Virus record (IMG/VR): IMGVR_UViG_3300033182_000595
Coordinates: 1 to 64,000 of that record
Direction: 5' to 3' (one strand)
DNA from: a virus
DNA length: 64,000 bases
Shown: positions 21,115-30,579 of the stretch, piece by piece
Layout of the letters: every line of letters begins with the position of its first letter
Numbering within the stretch: the stretch's first letter is position 1
Translations under genes and position numbers: made by a program
Notes under the pieces: model-generated
What the model saw: the letters and a program-made list of their open reading frames with translations, nothing else
The model's database searches: none
What the model was told of the DNA's origin: nothing

Positions 21115-22155
21115 TTAGGAGGCATCGTGCAAATAGCCTTTCGTCGTTTCCGTTCGAGAATGACCTACCCATTTCGCAATCTTTTCAAGTGAAGAATTAT
21201 AGTCCTCCTTATTAACACGGGAGACAAACGAGTGCCTGAATGAGTGGAAGCTTTTCCCTTCGATCTCCATTCGGTTAAGAAATCTAGTAAAGTAAACACT
21301 GAACCTTGATCTTTTGTTTGGATCGCTGATTACCTCAGCCCACTCAGGAAAGCAATACCTTGAATCATTCTGTTCGATCTCGGTGATCGTCTTGCGAAGC
21401 AAGCCACCACCAATCAATGGATTGTCATAGGGTAGGGCGACCCTTGTGTCCGTCTTCTCTGTCCAGACATTCAAGTGATCCTCTCCCCATGAGTCCCACT
21501 CTAGCTTGCATACATCTACTGCACGCAGTCCTGTCCACCACCCAAGCGTTACGGCTTGCTTAAAGAAGTATGGAGCGTGTGCGACCATCTTCTTGTAATC
21601 TTCCTTGGTGAATGGAACTCTCTGCCTAGTCTCTTTTTGCTTGTGTGATAGTCGGCTCGCATCCACCCGCACGCCAGCAGATGGATCGGTAAGAATGTAG
21701 CATTTTGCTACAGCAAAGTTTAGCATACTACGAATAGCGGCAAGCCTCTGATTCCTAGAGTTTAAGTTTACATCACACTTCTCATTGATGTAGTTAAAAA
21801 TATGCTCTGATGTGATATCAGATAGCTTTCTGATGTTATTAAAGTTTGCGAACTTCTCCAGTACAGTGACCTGAGTGTAGAGAGTATTGGCAGATTTGCA
21901 TCTAACCATGGAATGCTCCTTCCACTCAGATATACACTCAGCTATGGTGAGATCGTCGTCGGCTAACATAAGAGTAAGGACATCACGATTTGCTTTCTTC
22001 TGCTTTATTAAAGACTCAGTAAGCTCGTACTTCTTAGCCATACTCTTGGCTTCCTTTTGGTTCTTTGTCTCTAGTGATACCGTGCGGGTCTTGCCCGACA
22101 TTGTTTTAAATCTTACAGAATAAGTACCTGTCCGATCGCTCTTAATTAACTTCAT
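21115..22155 (-). CDS. Tyrosine recombinase (second copy)
   Basis: TGLR, K, HSFRH, VGHS and Y catalytic set intact; N-terminal arm-binding-like region. Confidence 0.9.
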   Translation of the reverse strand: MKLIKSDRTGTYSVRFKTMSGKTRTVSLETKNQKEAKSMAKKYELTESLIKQKKANRDVLTLMLADDDLTIAECISEWKEHSMVRCKSANTLYTQVTVLEKFANFNNIRKLSDITSEHIFNYINEKCDVNLNSRNQRLAAIRSMLNFAVAKCYILTDPSAGVRVDASRLSHKQKETRQRVPFTKEDYKKMVAHAPYFFKQAVTLGWWTGLRAVDVCKLEWDSWGEDHLNVWTEKTDTRVALPYDNPLIGGGLLRKTITEIEQNDSRYCFPEWAEVISDPNKRSRFSVYFTRFLNRMEIEGKSFHSFRHSFVSRVNKEDYNSSLEKIAKWVGHSRTETTKGYLHDAS

Positions 22156-22163
22156 AGTGTATC

Positions 22164-22195
22164 GTTACATATCTTTATGTGTTACTATTTGTCAA
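22164..22195 (-). promoter_or_regulatory. TTGACA box plus operator site upstream of the recombinase
   Basis: Minus strand reads TTGACA aat AGTAACAC ATAAAGATA TGTAAC. Confidence 0.55.
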
Positions 22196-23052
22196 ACTAA
22201 TTGTAATTGTACATCATTATGTACAACCCTGTCATGGAATCTAATTGCTGACTCTATTCTGTTTTTACTTTTCCTTGGCAGACCATCCATGCGATCCGAG
22301 AAGTCGTAAGCGAATGAGTCCGCTGAGTAGATCCTGTCCTTGATCCGTGAGTTCTTGAGTCCTGTCTGCTTGAATCCAAAGAGGTGTATCTTTGGTCTGT
22401 TCCCGCGGAAGCTCCACTCAAGTGTATCAAGTATCTCAGCTACAACCTCTGGGTTTTTATTACGCTTACAAGTTGAGCCAATGCCCACCCATCTAGTGTC
22501 GAGTACTGTGCCCTTAGTTGAGTGCCTGTTTAAATTGCCGAACTTCATGTCGTAATCTGTATCAAACCTTTTACTTAGTGCATTCTCATACATCTCAAGG
22601 TGTTGCTTGTAATCCTCAACCTCCCAACCCTGGAGTACTGGCATGACCGGAACACGCAGATCGTACTTGTCAGCCGCCTCAAGTATCTGCATGTATCTCT
22701 CAACTGTTTTGCGTTGGTGAATACGGACGGAAGCACGGATACCCTTGTCCTGTAGTTGCCTAATGACATCGGGCTCGCACATATAGTCCTGTGTTACTAT
22801 GCACTGCAAGTCACCACATAACTCAAAGTACTTGGCTACCAGTACATATTCCTCGGGAGACATAATAAAGTCCCCATAGGTTGTAATCTGCGAGAACGCA
22901 CCCGAGTCCATCATCCACCTACTAACAGACAAAGGATACTTCCTCTGCCTAAGCCTACCACCCTCATTCCTAACCAATGAGTTGGCAGATATCATAACAT
23001 TACGCTTCCACGCATTGTTGTGTCGGTCTGTACCTACAAAGTACTCACGCAT
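22192..23052 (-). CDS. tRNA-guanine-transglycosylase-like (DpdA-type) base-exchange enzyme
   Basis: DSGAF, QDYMCEP, PVLQG, VGIGS, IHLFG and SADS motifs of the TGT-like barrel. Confidence 0.7.
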   Translation of the reverse strand: MREYFVGTDRHNNAWKRNVMISANSLVRNEGGRLRQRKYPLSVSRWMMDSGAFSQITTYGDFIMSPEEYVLVAKYFELCGDLQCIVTQDYMCEPDVIRQLQDKGIRASVRIHQRKTVERYMQILEAADKYDLRVPVMPVLQGWEVEDYKQHLEMYENALSKRFDTDYDMKFGNLNRHSTKGTVLDTRWVGIGSTCKRNKNPEVVAEILDTLEWSFRGNRPKIHLFGFKQTGLKNSRIKDRIYSADSFAYDFSDRMDGLPRKSKNRIESAIRFHDRVVHNDVQLQLV

Positions 23053-23054
23053 AT

Positions 23055-23498
23055 TTACCTCCTTACTACTATTTCATATCCATCAGGAAGACGCATTGGC
23101 TTCCACCCACCGGGATGAAAGTATGTGTAATCCTGACTACATATATATTTATCTTCCCACTTCATGTACCCCGCTTCAGGGAACTTCATACCTTGTTTAA
23201 CTAGCTTATCCAATGTGGAGATCATCCAATCGGTGGGTAGTGGCTCCTTTAGTCCAGCCTCCCTAATGTCATAAACAGTCTCATAGCTACCAATCCATTG
23301 GTACTCTGCTATTCTTCTAGCATCGTTCCTATCGGTAGCTTCTGTAACTTTATTAGTGTCAAATGTGCCGACAAGTTTATTGCGATTATCTCTTACTTCC
23401 CAAGTGGAAGCGGATAATTTTTCTCTTCTTGATGGTACGATATTAACAGGGTTTTTATATGTTTTCATGATGCTTGATTCCATCCGCAGTGCGGACAT
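23055..23498 (-). CDS. Hypothetical protein
   Basis: ORF in a tightly packed minus-strand operon. Confidence 0.5.
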   Translation of the reverse strand: MSALRMESSIMKTYKNPVNIVPSRREKLSASTWEVRDNRNKLVGTFDTNKVTEATDRNDARRIAEYQWIGSYETVYDIREAGLKEPLPTDWMISTLDKLVKQGMKFPEAGYMKWEDKYICSQDYTYFHPGGWKPMRLPDGYEIVVRR

Positions 23499-23902
23499 TC
23501 GATGTATTTGTTTTTCAATAGCTCACCAGGTGCTGGCTTGTAACCTGTTGATTTGATCTGAATACCCGTAGCGAGTACACCTTGCCCTGTGATTGAGTGA
23601 TTGCATTCAGGACAATCCATATCGTATTCCCCGATATAGCTTTCCTCCTTTTGCTCAATCCATGTACCTCTACCAGTGAACATTGTGTGCAGAGTATCCG
23701 GAGTAAGCTCGACCATTTCTTCGGTGATCTTCCACTCGCCTACGGAGTTGCCATTGATATCTTTAAGTTTACCCGCTACCCATCCATCAAGTGGTGAGAT
23801 CTTCGGGAGTAGTTGTTCTGTTAGTATGCGAGATAACTCGCCTGAGTTATGTTCGAATGCACTATTGTCCATGCGAACCTCTAGGTTGAATGTTCGTTTC
23901 AT
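23465..23902 (-). CDS. Hypothetical protein with two C-terminal CxxC pairs
   Basis: DNSAFE..ELSRIL..DINGNSVG phage motif; CPEC and CPHC. Confidence 0.55.
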   Translation of the reverse strand: MKRTFNLEVRMDNSAFEHNSGELSRILTEQLLPKISPLDGWVAGKLKDINGNSVGEWKITEEMVELTPDTLHTMFTGRGTWIEQKEESYIGEYDMDCPECNHSITGQGVLATGIQIKSTGYKPAPGELLKNKYIECPHCGWNQAS

Positions 23903-24348
23903 TTTATTTGTAATAATTCTCTATCGCTGAATGAGTAATGCTTGCCGTGACCAATGATTACATGATCTCGGACTGGTATCTTCAGTACATTGCCCGCTTG
24001 TACTAATTGTTTTGTTATTTGCAGATCCGCACTAGATGGCGTGGGATCTCCGCTTGGGTGGTTATGGCTCAGTATTACACCTGACGCACCTGACATAATA
24101 GCTGGTCTGAATACAATCGTGGGATTCAGTAAGCATGAGGACGCTAGTCCCGTAGACACTTTCTCCCGTGCGATTGGATAGAGCTTGGCGTTGAGCATAA
24201 TTACCCACACTTGCTCTTGCATAGGGGCGTCATCGAATGCCCCCTCCATGTATTCAGCTACTCTGTTTGGCTCATCTAGCGGCCTATGTTCCATAATGCC
24301 AACCCGTTTGTATGTCTGTGTAGACTCGTATATAACCATCATCTCCAA
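23899..24348 (-). CDS. radC: RadC-family JAB/MPN domain protein
   Basis: E...HNHPSGDPTPSSAD...DHVIIG JAB metal site. Confidence 0.9.
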   Translation of the reverse strand: MEMMVIYESTQTYKRVGIMEHRPLDEPNRVAEYMEGAFDDAPMQEQVWVIMLNAKLYPIAREKVSTGLASSCLLNPTIVFRPAIMSGASGVILSHNHPSGDPTPSSADLQITKQLVQAGNVLKIPVRDHVIIGHGKHYSFSDRELLQIK

Positions 24349-24668
24349 ATTACTGGTAGTATATTGTGTTTATTAGTTGTTTTGTTATCTATGAATAATG
24401 CACCTCCATCGTTACCTTCGTCATCACTTTGCGGGATGACTACGATCTCTTCAGGAGTTTTGCCCATTCGTGGTTTCTTTAGGATCAGAGCAACAGGATT
24501 AGCGTGCCAGTCCTCGTCATCCATGTATTGGACATCGGTTATGGTGAAACCCACAAGTAACTTGCGAGCCTCACCATTCCAATAGTCCCTTATTTCTTTC
24601 TTTGTCTTCATAAAGTTACCTCCTCTTTGTTCGTGATAGTCAGGAAGTTCTTCTTGAGATCCTCCCAC
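24339..24668 (-). CDS. Hypothetical protein (likely start near 24610)
   Basis: SDDEGNDGGAL motif; operon packing. Confidence 0.55.
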   Translation of the reverse strand: MGGSQEELPDYHEQRGGNFMKTKKEIRDYWNGEARKLLVGFTITDVQYMDDEDWHANPVALILKKPRMGKTPEEIVVIPQSDDEGNDGGALFIDNKTTNKHNILPVIWR

Positions 24669-27175
24669 TTGCGTAACAAGTAGTCCTCGCCATCCTCTGC
24701 ACCTGTGGCACTTGGATCATAGCCAGTGACATGCTGAGCAAGTAACTCATCCTCGCTCATCGTCTTGACATCACGGGGTACTCGCTTGCCGTACAGGCAG
24801 ATCGTGGCGGCATCCTCCTTGTTGCCCAGCTTGTCGAACATCAACTCCTCGATGGAATTGCGATGCAACATGACATACACATTGACATCCTCCTTGGAGG
24901 TTAGTCGATAGATACGACCAAGTGCCTGGTTGAACACACCATACGACCACTCAAGGCAACCGATGATAAGATTCTTGCACTGCTCAAAGCTGAACGCTTG
25001 GGCACACTTGATACCCATGAGAAGCACAGGAACTTCTCCATCCTTGAACTTGGCGGCTTCCCGTGCCTTGTCCTCACGCTCACCATCAATCCTAGCGTAC
25101 TTGATACCCACCTCACTCAATCGCTCAGCGATCTCGTTGGTCATACCATGACGGGCAGACACATGAATGATTTGTTCACCCTTGGATACATGATGGTATA
25201 TCTTCTCCATACACATAAGTACCTTGGGGGTGAAGTTGGACTTGCTGTACATATTGTACTTTGAGCCGGAAGGATCACCGCAAATACCACGCAAGTATTG
25301 CATCTGCACACCATACCTGAACCTAGCATCATCCACAGGGATGTTGGCTGGATCCATGAAGTGCATGTAATTCATCCGTTGTTGCTGAGTCATTGGTACA
25401 CGAATCTCGTACACATTGGACTTGGGCATATTCGGATTGCACTGAATCTTGCTGATGAATGATACCGTTGGACGCAGTAGCTTGAGCAACTTGGCGGGCT
25501 GACTGATCGTGGGTGAAGACTTGAGATAGCTAGGACCACGACCCGTCTCCTTGTGTATCTGTTGCAAGGTATGGTCACGCTCCACGGTCATGAACTCAGT
25601 CTTGAAGTCACCGATCTCTCCAAGCTTGTAAGGCCAACGAGGGTTCAGTCTGTTGCCATGATACCAGTCAGGTACACACAACCAACCCATGAGAGAGAAG
25701 ATGTTGAATACCATGTTAGGTATAGGAGTGGCAGACAGGGCGAACTTGTACTTGGGTTGCAAGCGTATGAAGTTACGAGTGATCTGCGAGTCAAGATTAC
25801 AGATGAGATGTGCCTCATCGAGGATGACCATATCCCAGAACTTGTGACCGATCTCGGTAGCCAAACATGGTGTGTCGATACACTTGATCGCATGCTTGTC
25901 ACCAGTTGGCTCACCCAGGTTGTGAGTATGAACCTCACCATCAACTATGCTGTAAGTAGCATTGGTGGTGTCATACAGATCATAGGTGCGGGTAGTACCA
26001 AGACCGAAGTGGTAGTTGATAACATCCCGATTGCCCCACTCGTCATGTAAGGGAGGTACGCGAAACTTACGCTTCTTGAGATCCTTGCGATACAACTCCT
26101 CGGTGTCCTTCTTGGCTGAGTACCATGTGCTAGGCAACTGCTCTGTCCCACTACGGAACATCACATGGTCATAGGTAAGGAATACACCATGAGGTAACTC
26201 ACCACCATGTAGCTTGATTAAGGCATCATAGTCCTTGCGTGAGAATAGCTTGTACACAGGAACATCTGGTGCAAACTTAGCGAACTCCGATGTCCATTGT
26301 GATGGCTTAGTGACCTCACCACCTTTGCCTTGCGAGTCCTTGACCGTACCCTTTGGGGCAACAATCAGTACACGACCCGACATCTTGAGGATGACAAGAC
26401 AGATAGCAATGAGTGTCTTACCGCATCCCGTCTCGGCTGAGATGAGAGCAGACTCGGCACATGCTGACTGAGCGACATACTTCATCTGACCAGGGAAGAA
26501 CTTGAACTCACCCGCTACCTCCATGTGTTGGAGGATCTCCATAGCCATGTTGTACTCGTCCTTGCGTTCCTCCGCTAGGGTAGGGATCACAGGCTTCTCG
26601 AAGTACTCCCATATCTTGGACTCATCAATGTCCTGGTCGATAGTAGGATGGTCACGGAAGTTTACCTTCCAACCTCTGTCGTCCGTGGTGGTAAGAGCAA
26701 AGTCCTTACCCTCAAGCGACATGTCATGTATCTTGGATGATACTTCCTTGGACTCCTCATTGAAGTGCATCTTCATCTTGGTGAAGGGCTCAATGTAACC
26801 AATGGCACGGGAAGTGAACTTGTACACCTTACCCTTGGTAAGCTGTAGGTTCTCCTCGTCCACATCTTGGACACATGTGAGTTCACGCTTCTCATCAACA
26901 TAAGCGATCTTCTCATAGTCGGTTGGCTCACGAAGGGGGCGAGCTATCCGTACTGAGGATTTAAGAGCTGCATCAATCAGCTCAGTTGCTTCTGGACTAA
27001 CGAGACATGTCTTGTGGCTCATTAGCTTTTGGAGGCGTTGCCGTTCGCTTAGTGCTACCACTAGCGACATCGGTGTCCTCCCACCAACCAACTGCAAGTC
27101 TACCTTGATGTCGGATGGTGCATAGTCTGGATATGCGACGAGCTTGCCGTCACGCTCCTCTATGTCATACTGCAT
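24608..27175 (-). CDS. SNF2-family (SF2) helicase/ATPase
   Basis: ETGCGKT, LDEAH, SATP and QALGRIYR motifs. Confidence 0.9.
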   Translation of the reverse strand: MQYDIEERDGKLVAYPDYAPSDIKVDLQLVGGRTPMSLVVALSERQRLQKLMSHKTCLVSPEATELIDAALKSSVRIARPLREPTDYEKIAYVDEKRELTCVQDVDEENLQLTKGKVYKFTSRAIGYIEPFTKMKMHFNEESKEVSSKIHDMSLEGKDFALTTTDDRGWKVNFRDHPTIDQDIDESKIWEYFEKPVIPTLAEERKDEYNMAMEILQHMEVAGEFKFFPGQMKYVAQSACAESALISAETGCGKTLIAICLVILKMSGRVLIVAPKGTVKDSQGKGGEVTKPSQWTSEFAKFAPDVPVYKLFSRKDYDALIKLHGGELPHGVFLTYDHVMFRSGTEQLPSTWYSAKKDTEELYRKDLKKRKFRVPPLHDEWGNRDVINYHFGLGTTRTYDLYDTTNATYSIVDGEVHTHNLGEPTGDKHAIKCIDTPCLATEIGHKFWDMVILDEAHLICNLDSQITRNFIRLQPKYKFALSATPIPNMVFNIFSLMGWLCVPDWYHGNRLNPRWPYKLGEIGDFKTEFMTVERDHTLQQIHKETGRGPSYLKSSPTISQPAKLLKLLRPTVSFISKIQCNPNMPKSNVYEIRVPMTQQQRMNYMHFMDPANIPVDDARFRYGVQMQYLRGICGDPSGSKYNMYSKSNFTPKVLMCMEKIYHHVSKGEQIIHVSARHGMTNEIAERLSEVGIKYARIDGEREDKAREAAKFKDGEVPVLLMGIKCAQAFSFEQCKNLIIGCLEWSYGVFNQALGRIYRLTSKEDVNVYVMLHRNSIEELMFDKLGNKEDAATICLYGKRVPRDVKTMSEDELLAQHVTGYDPSATGAEDGEDYLLRKWEDLKKNFLTITNKEEVTL

Positions 27176-27332
27176 TTATCTGTATTTCAATAATTTGTGC
27201 ATCTTTTAGACCTTGAGACTTAAGGTGCCGAAGTGCCCCCTCTGCCTCTGTCTTGGTGAATGTAATTGTTTCCTGTGTGTCGGAGTTGCACAAGCAGTGC
27301 CCCATGCAGGAAACCAGGTATCTAGTTATCAT
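27165..27332 (-). CDS. Small hypothetical protein (55 aa, not in ORF track)
   Basis: ATG overlaps the ThiF stop; stop overlaps the helicase start. Confidence 0.45.
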   Translation of the reverse strand: MITRYLVSCMGHCLCNSDTQETITFTKTEAEGALRHLKSQGLKDAQIIEIQINAV

Positions 27333-28015
27333 TTTATTTTTATTGGGTTAGTGACCCCCTTAGTGAGGTCAAAGAATACGCCCTGCACTTCTAGTTTACC
27401 CCACCTCAGCAGGGACCATACGAAGTGCAAGGCATGGTTAGCTACAACACTATTAACAAAAAGGTCTTGTCTGAAAAATTGGTCTACGCAACCGGGCGAC
27501 TCCTCCTCTGTTGGTTCGTCTCCATAGATTAAATCTGAATGTTCTTCATATATGTTTGGTAGATCTCCCTTGTATTGTCCGATCAGTACTTGACCAGATG
27601 TCTGAGCATTACCGCAGTCGATCATGTATGTGCCTTCATTCTGCCACGACTTAGCTATTGCCTCACGGGACTTGACGGTATCGACACATGATATGCATAG
27701 ATCCACATTGTCTCGTGATGGTGCTTTGCGTGGTACTGCCATCCAGTTGGTGCGGTAGTACAGATTGATACGCTGACACAATGTCTTAGCCTTGTTGTGA
27801 CCGACATCTGATTCATAGAATGCCTGTCTGCCTACATTGCTATATGATACGATATCGGGATCGAATGCAGTAACATGGATGGGTGTCCTGTTTAGTACAT
27901 GGAGTGCATGATTGATACGGGCAAGTCCGTTGAGTACATGACTACCCGTGCCTCCGCATCCGTACACTGATATCTTGTTAATCGTCTTGGTCGTGGTGTG
28001 CCCTGATCCACTCAT
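27329..28015 (-). CDS. PRTRC system ThiF/E1-like adenylating enzyme
   Basis: GCGGTGS, DPDIVSYSNVGRQ, CVDT, DCGN, candidate catalytic Cys in SPGC, QDLFVN. Confidence 0.9.
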   Translation of the reverse strand: MSGSGHTTTKTINKISVYGCGGTGSHVLNGLARINHALHVLNRTPIHVTAFDPDIVSYSNVGRQAFYESDVGHNKAKTLCQRINLYYRTNWMAVPRKAPSRDNVDLCISCVDTVKSREAIAKSWQNEGTYMIDCGNAQTSGQVLIGQYKGDLPNIYEEHSDLIYGDEPTEEESPGCVDQFFRQDLFVNSVVANHALHFVWSLLRWGKLEVQGVFFDLTKGVTNPIKIK

Positions 28016-28625
28016 GTAGTGTTACCTCCTGTTGTTTGATCTTGTTGCGTGGGGTGGGCATGTAGTTGAACTTGCTGTTGTAGAAGCAAGCCTCCCACTC
28101 CCAATGAGCCATGACATCCAATGAGAATGCAAACTCTGGGTTGGGACGATTGACTGAGCAATGCCCCATGACCCCGCCCCGTGGATGTACATCAATCCCA
28201 CGATATGGAATCTCGTATATCTTGTGGTGCAAGTTTGGTCGCTCGTCTTTACTTGTTGAGTAGATAGCAATGTTGAGCGTGTCCTGGTTATTCTTACGCT
28301 TAACCATGAAGACGATGCCCGGATGTCGATACCATCTCTGTTGCTTGCTCTTCTGTGGATCTCGCTCACTGATTGTTATCTTCCGCTTACTTGGCGGGCT
28401 GTACCAGATCATGATTCGATCTTGATCGAACCAAAGCATTCGATTGTCATAGAATGCATAGACCTCAGCCGTACACTCAGCGGGTAGTATCTTGTTGAAT
28501 GAATCCCTGTCTACTGCCCGTGGGTTACCCCATTGGTCATCCTGTTTGTCGTACAATACTGCAACGGATTTACCGTCATCATCGTACACCATTAAGCTAT
28601 GCTTAGCTTCAATTAAGTTGGTCAT
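27978..28625 (-). CDS. PRTRC system protein B (prokaryotic E2-like)
   Basis: WYSPP..R, PGIVF, RP...IYEIPY, G..C and WE..FYNSKF pattern; adjacent to ThiF. Confidence 0.75.
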   Translation of the reverse strand: MTNLIEAKHSLMVYDDDGKSVAVLYDKQDDQWGNPRAVDRDSFNKILPAECTAEVYAFYDNRMLWFDQDRIMIWYSPPSKRKITISERDPQKSKQQRWYRHPGIVFMVKRKNNQDTLNIAIYSTSKDERPNLHHKIYEIPYRGIDVHPRGGVMGHCSVNRPNPEFAFSLDVMAHWEWEACFYNSKFNYMPTPRNKIKQQEVTLHEWIRAHHDQDD

Positions 28626-29562
28626 GACTTAGATATTTTAATAGTTCGTGGAATGGTTTGAAGCTCCCGATCATTGCTTCTGCTGTATCCAACTCGTGGC
28701 ATTCGGGCATACATGTGCAGTCGCTAAACTCCTGCACCTCTGCGATCATATGATCTAGTATGAACCACGATGGATCCGTTGATTGTCCCATGTCGCCTGG
28801 TCTCCTCCTGACCTCTTGCATCCTCCTGTCTGGGCCGATGGCGAAGTTAGTATTCTCACCAGTTATGCGTGCCATGCGTCTTGTAATCATGGGGGAGAAC
28901 CCATACCAAGAGCATACCGCAAATGGCCAAGTGGCGATGTCATCATCCCATCGGTCAGGTCTTTCCATCTCGCATACATTCTCCTTACAAGCACGGAGTA
29001 ACCATTGTATGCGTGAAGGCATATTTTTAGGCACATCCATATTCTCAGGAGTTATCCAATCAGGGTAGAGCTTCTCGTTCTTCTCAGGGTATTTATCGCC
29101 ATAATCCTCACTGTTACCCCACCAGTAGTGCAGGTAGTGAGTGAAGTCCCTCTCGATATCTGCGGGAGTAAGTATCCAGAACGGAGCATTGTCCAACAGA
29201 TACATGATAAGAGGACCGACCCCGTATTGATTGTGCAACATCTCGCACCTCGGACCGATGGCGAACTTACGCTCGCATTGGTATGTGTTGAGGATAGGGT
29301 AGTTCCCTCTCTGACCAGTTACATATTCGATCTGTAAACCGAATGCATTATTGCCCAATACTTGATGTAGTACATCAGTAAGGTATGGATCAACCGCTGG
29401 GTCTCTCTGTACCTTTCTTTGTATTGTGCCATCTATGCGAATGAACTGAGGCAGAGCGTCAGGTGTTTCTAAAAGAGGGGAGGCACGGAGCGAGGGGACA
29501 AGCTTCCGCTCCCTTTCAAACGCGAGACATTCTTCATCACTTGGAATGATAACCGAAACCAT
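28609..29562 (-). CDS. PRTRC system protein F-like
   Basis: Size and position between proteins C and B match the canonical cassette order; sequence motif support is weak. Confidence 0.55.
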   Translation of the reverse strand: MVSVIIPSDEECLAFERERKLVPSLRASPLLETPDALPQFIRIDGTIQRKVQRDPAVDPYLTDVLHQVLGNNAFGLQIEYVTGQRGNYPILNTYQCERKFAIGPRCEMLHNQYGVGPLIMYLLDNAPFWILTPADIERDFTHYLHYWWGNSEDYGDKYPEKNEKLYPDWITPENMDVPKNMPSRIQWLLRACKENVCEMERPDRWDDDIATWPFAVCSWYGFSPMITRRMARITGENTNFAIGPDRRMQEVRRRPGDMGQSTDPSWFILDHMIAEVQEFSDCTCMPECHELDTAEAMIGSFKPFHELLKYLSHDQLN

Positions 29563-29568
29563 TGCTCG

Positions 29569-29874
29569 CTACCCTTTAGTTCCGTAGTTCCCTTTGAGTT
29601 CGTAGGTTGCGGATGGTCCTTTGCCTTCGAGCTTCCACTCTTCTTTTTCGTTTTGATAATATGGTCCTCCTATCTCTCCCTTGGTAAGGGATGGGTATTG
29701 TCTACTATACAGATCCATTACTTCTTCTGGTGACATGTGTCTGCCGGGATCGGGCAGGATGCGTCCACCAAACTTGAACACTCGTTCAACTTCCTTTAAT
29801 CCCTTTTGCTGTGCTTCTGACATACTTTCTTTTCTCCTGTTTTGGTCCTTGTACTCTAACTTGTAAGCCATCAT
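29569..29874 (-). CDS. PRTRC system protein C (prokaryotic ubiquitin-like)
   Basis: RVFKFGGRILPDP..MSPEEV...YSRQYPSLT..GP and C-terminal GTKG. Confidence 0.9.
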   Translation of the reverse strand: MMAYKLEYKDQNRRKESMSEAQQKGLKEVERVFKFGGRILPDPGRHMSPEEVMDLYSRQYPSLTKGEIGGPYYQNEKEEWKLEGKGPSATYELKGNYGTKG

Positions 29875-29946
29875 AGAAGTGGTCTAAGTGACCACCCCGC
29901 TTGACTTGTAGCATTTCGTCTTTGGTTAATTGAATCAGTATTCTCT

Positions 29947-30579
29947 TCATAAAACCTCTAGGTCATCTAAACCGAATGGATCTTCCTCCTTTGTTTCTAC
30001 TGCTGTAGCGATAGCCTCAGCCTCCTCCTCTGCGGTAGGCTTCTGAGTCACACGCTCAACTGCTTTCTCTGCGGCGGTCTTAAGCTCAGCCTTGTTCTTG
30101 ACTGGTGTCTTCTCCACCTTTGGTTCTTCCTTCTTCTCGCCCAAGCGATCCTCATTCTCATCGAATAGACTGGCTTGACCCTCACGCTCCTTGGCTTGCT
30201 TTGCTCGAGCTTCATCCATCTCTTGCTTCTTAGTCTTACGAGGTGCAGGCTTAGCCTTGCCATTGGTTGAACGCTTGGTAGCTGGCTTCTTCTTTTCCTC
30301 CACACGCTTCTTGATCTCGTTCTCGATATCCTCGATTGCAGTTGTGCCTTCGATGAGGACATTGGAGTAGTGATGTATGTCAGCAATCAGTGCCTCGTCT
30401 GAGTACTCAGATAGTGGGTAGCTCTTGAACAAGGGACGCTCCAGTACCTGTTGGTCTTTCTCATCCAGCTTGTCATTAAGTACCTTGGGGATCACATATA
30501 TGTGTAGGTTGCTGTCCTTAATCTCCGTGCGGAAATCAAGCCTGTGTGTCTTGAGTAGTGGTATAAGTGAGTTAATCAT
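29947..30579 (-). CDS. PRTRC system protein E-like
   Basis: N-terminal L.I.VIPK...RPL domain followed by a Lys/Ala/Glu-rich tail; immediately upstream of protein C. Confidence 0.7.
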   Translation of the reverse strand: MINSLIPLLKTHRLDFRTEIKDSNLHIYVIPKVLNDKLDEKDQQVLERPLFKSYPLSEYSDEALIADIHHYSNVLIEGTTAIEDIENEIKKRVEEKKKPATKRSTNGKAKPAPRKTKKQEMDEARAKQAKEREGQASLFDENEDRLGEKKEEPKVEKTPVKNKAELKTAAEKAVERVTQKPTAEEEAEAIATAVETKEEDPFGLDDLEVL

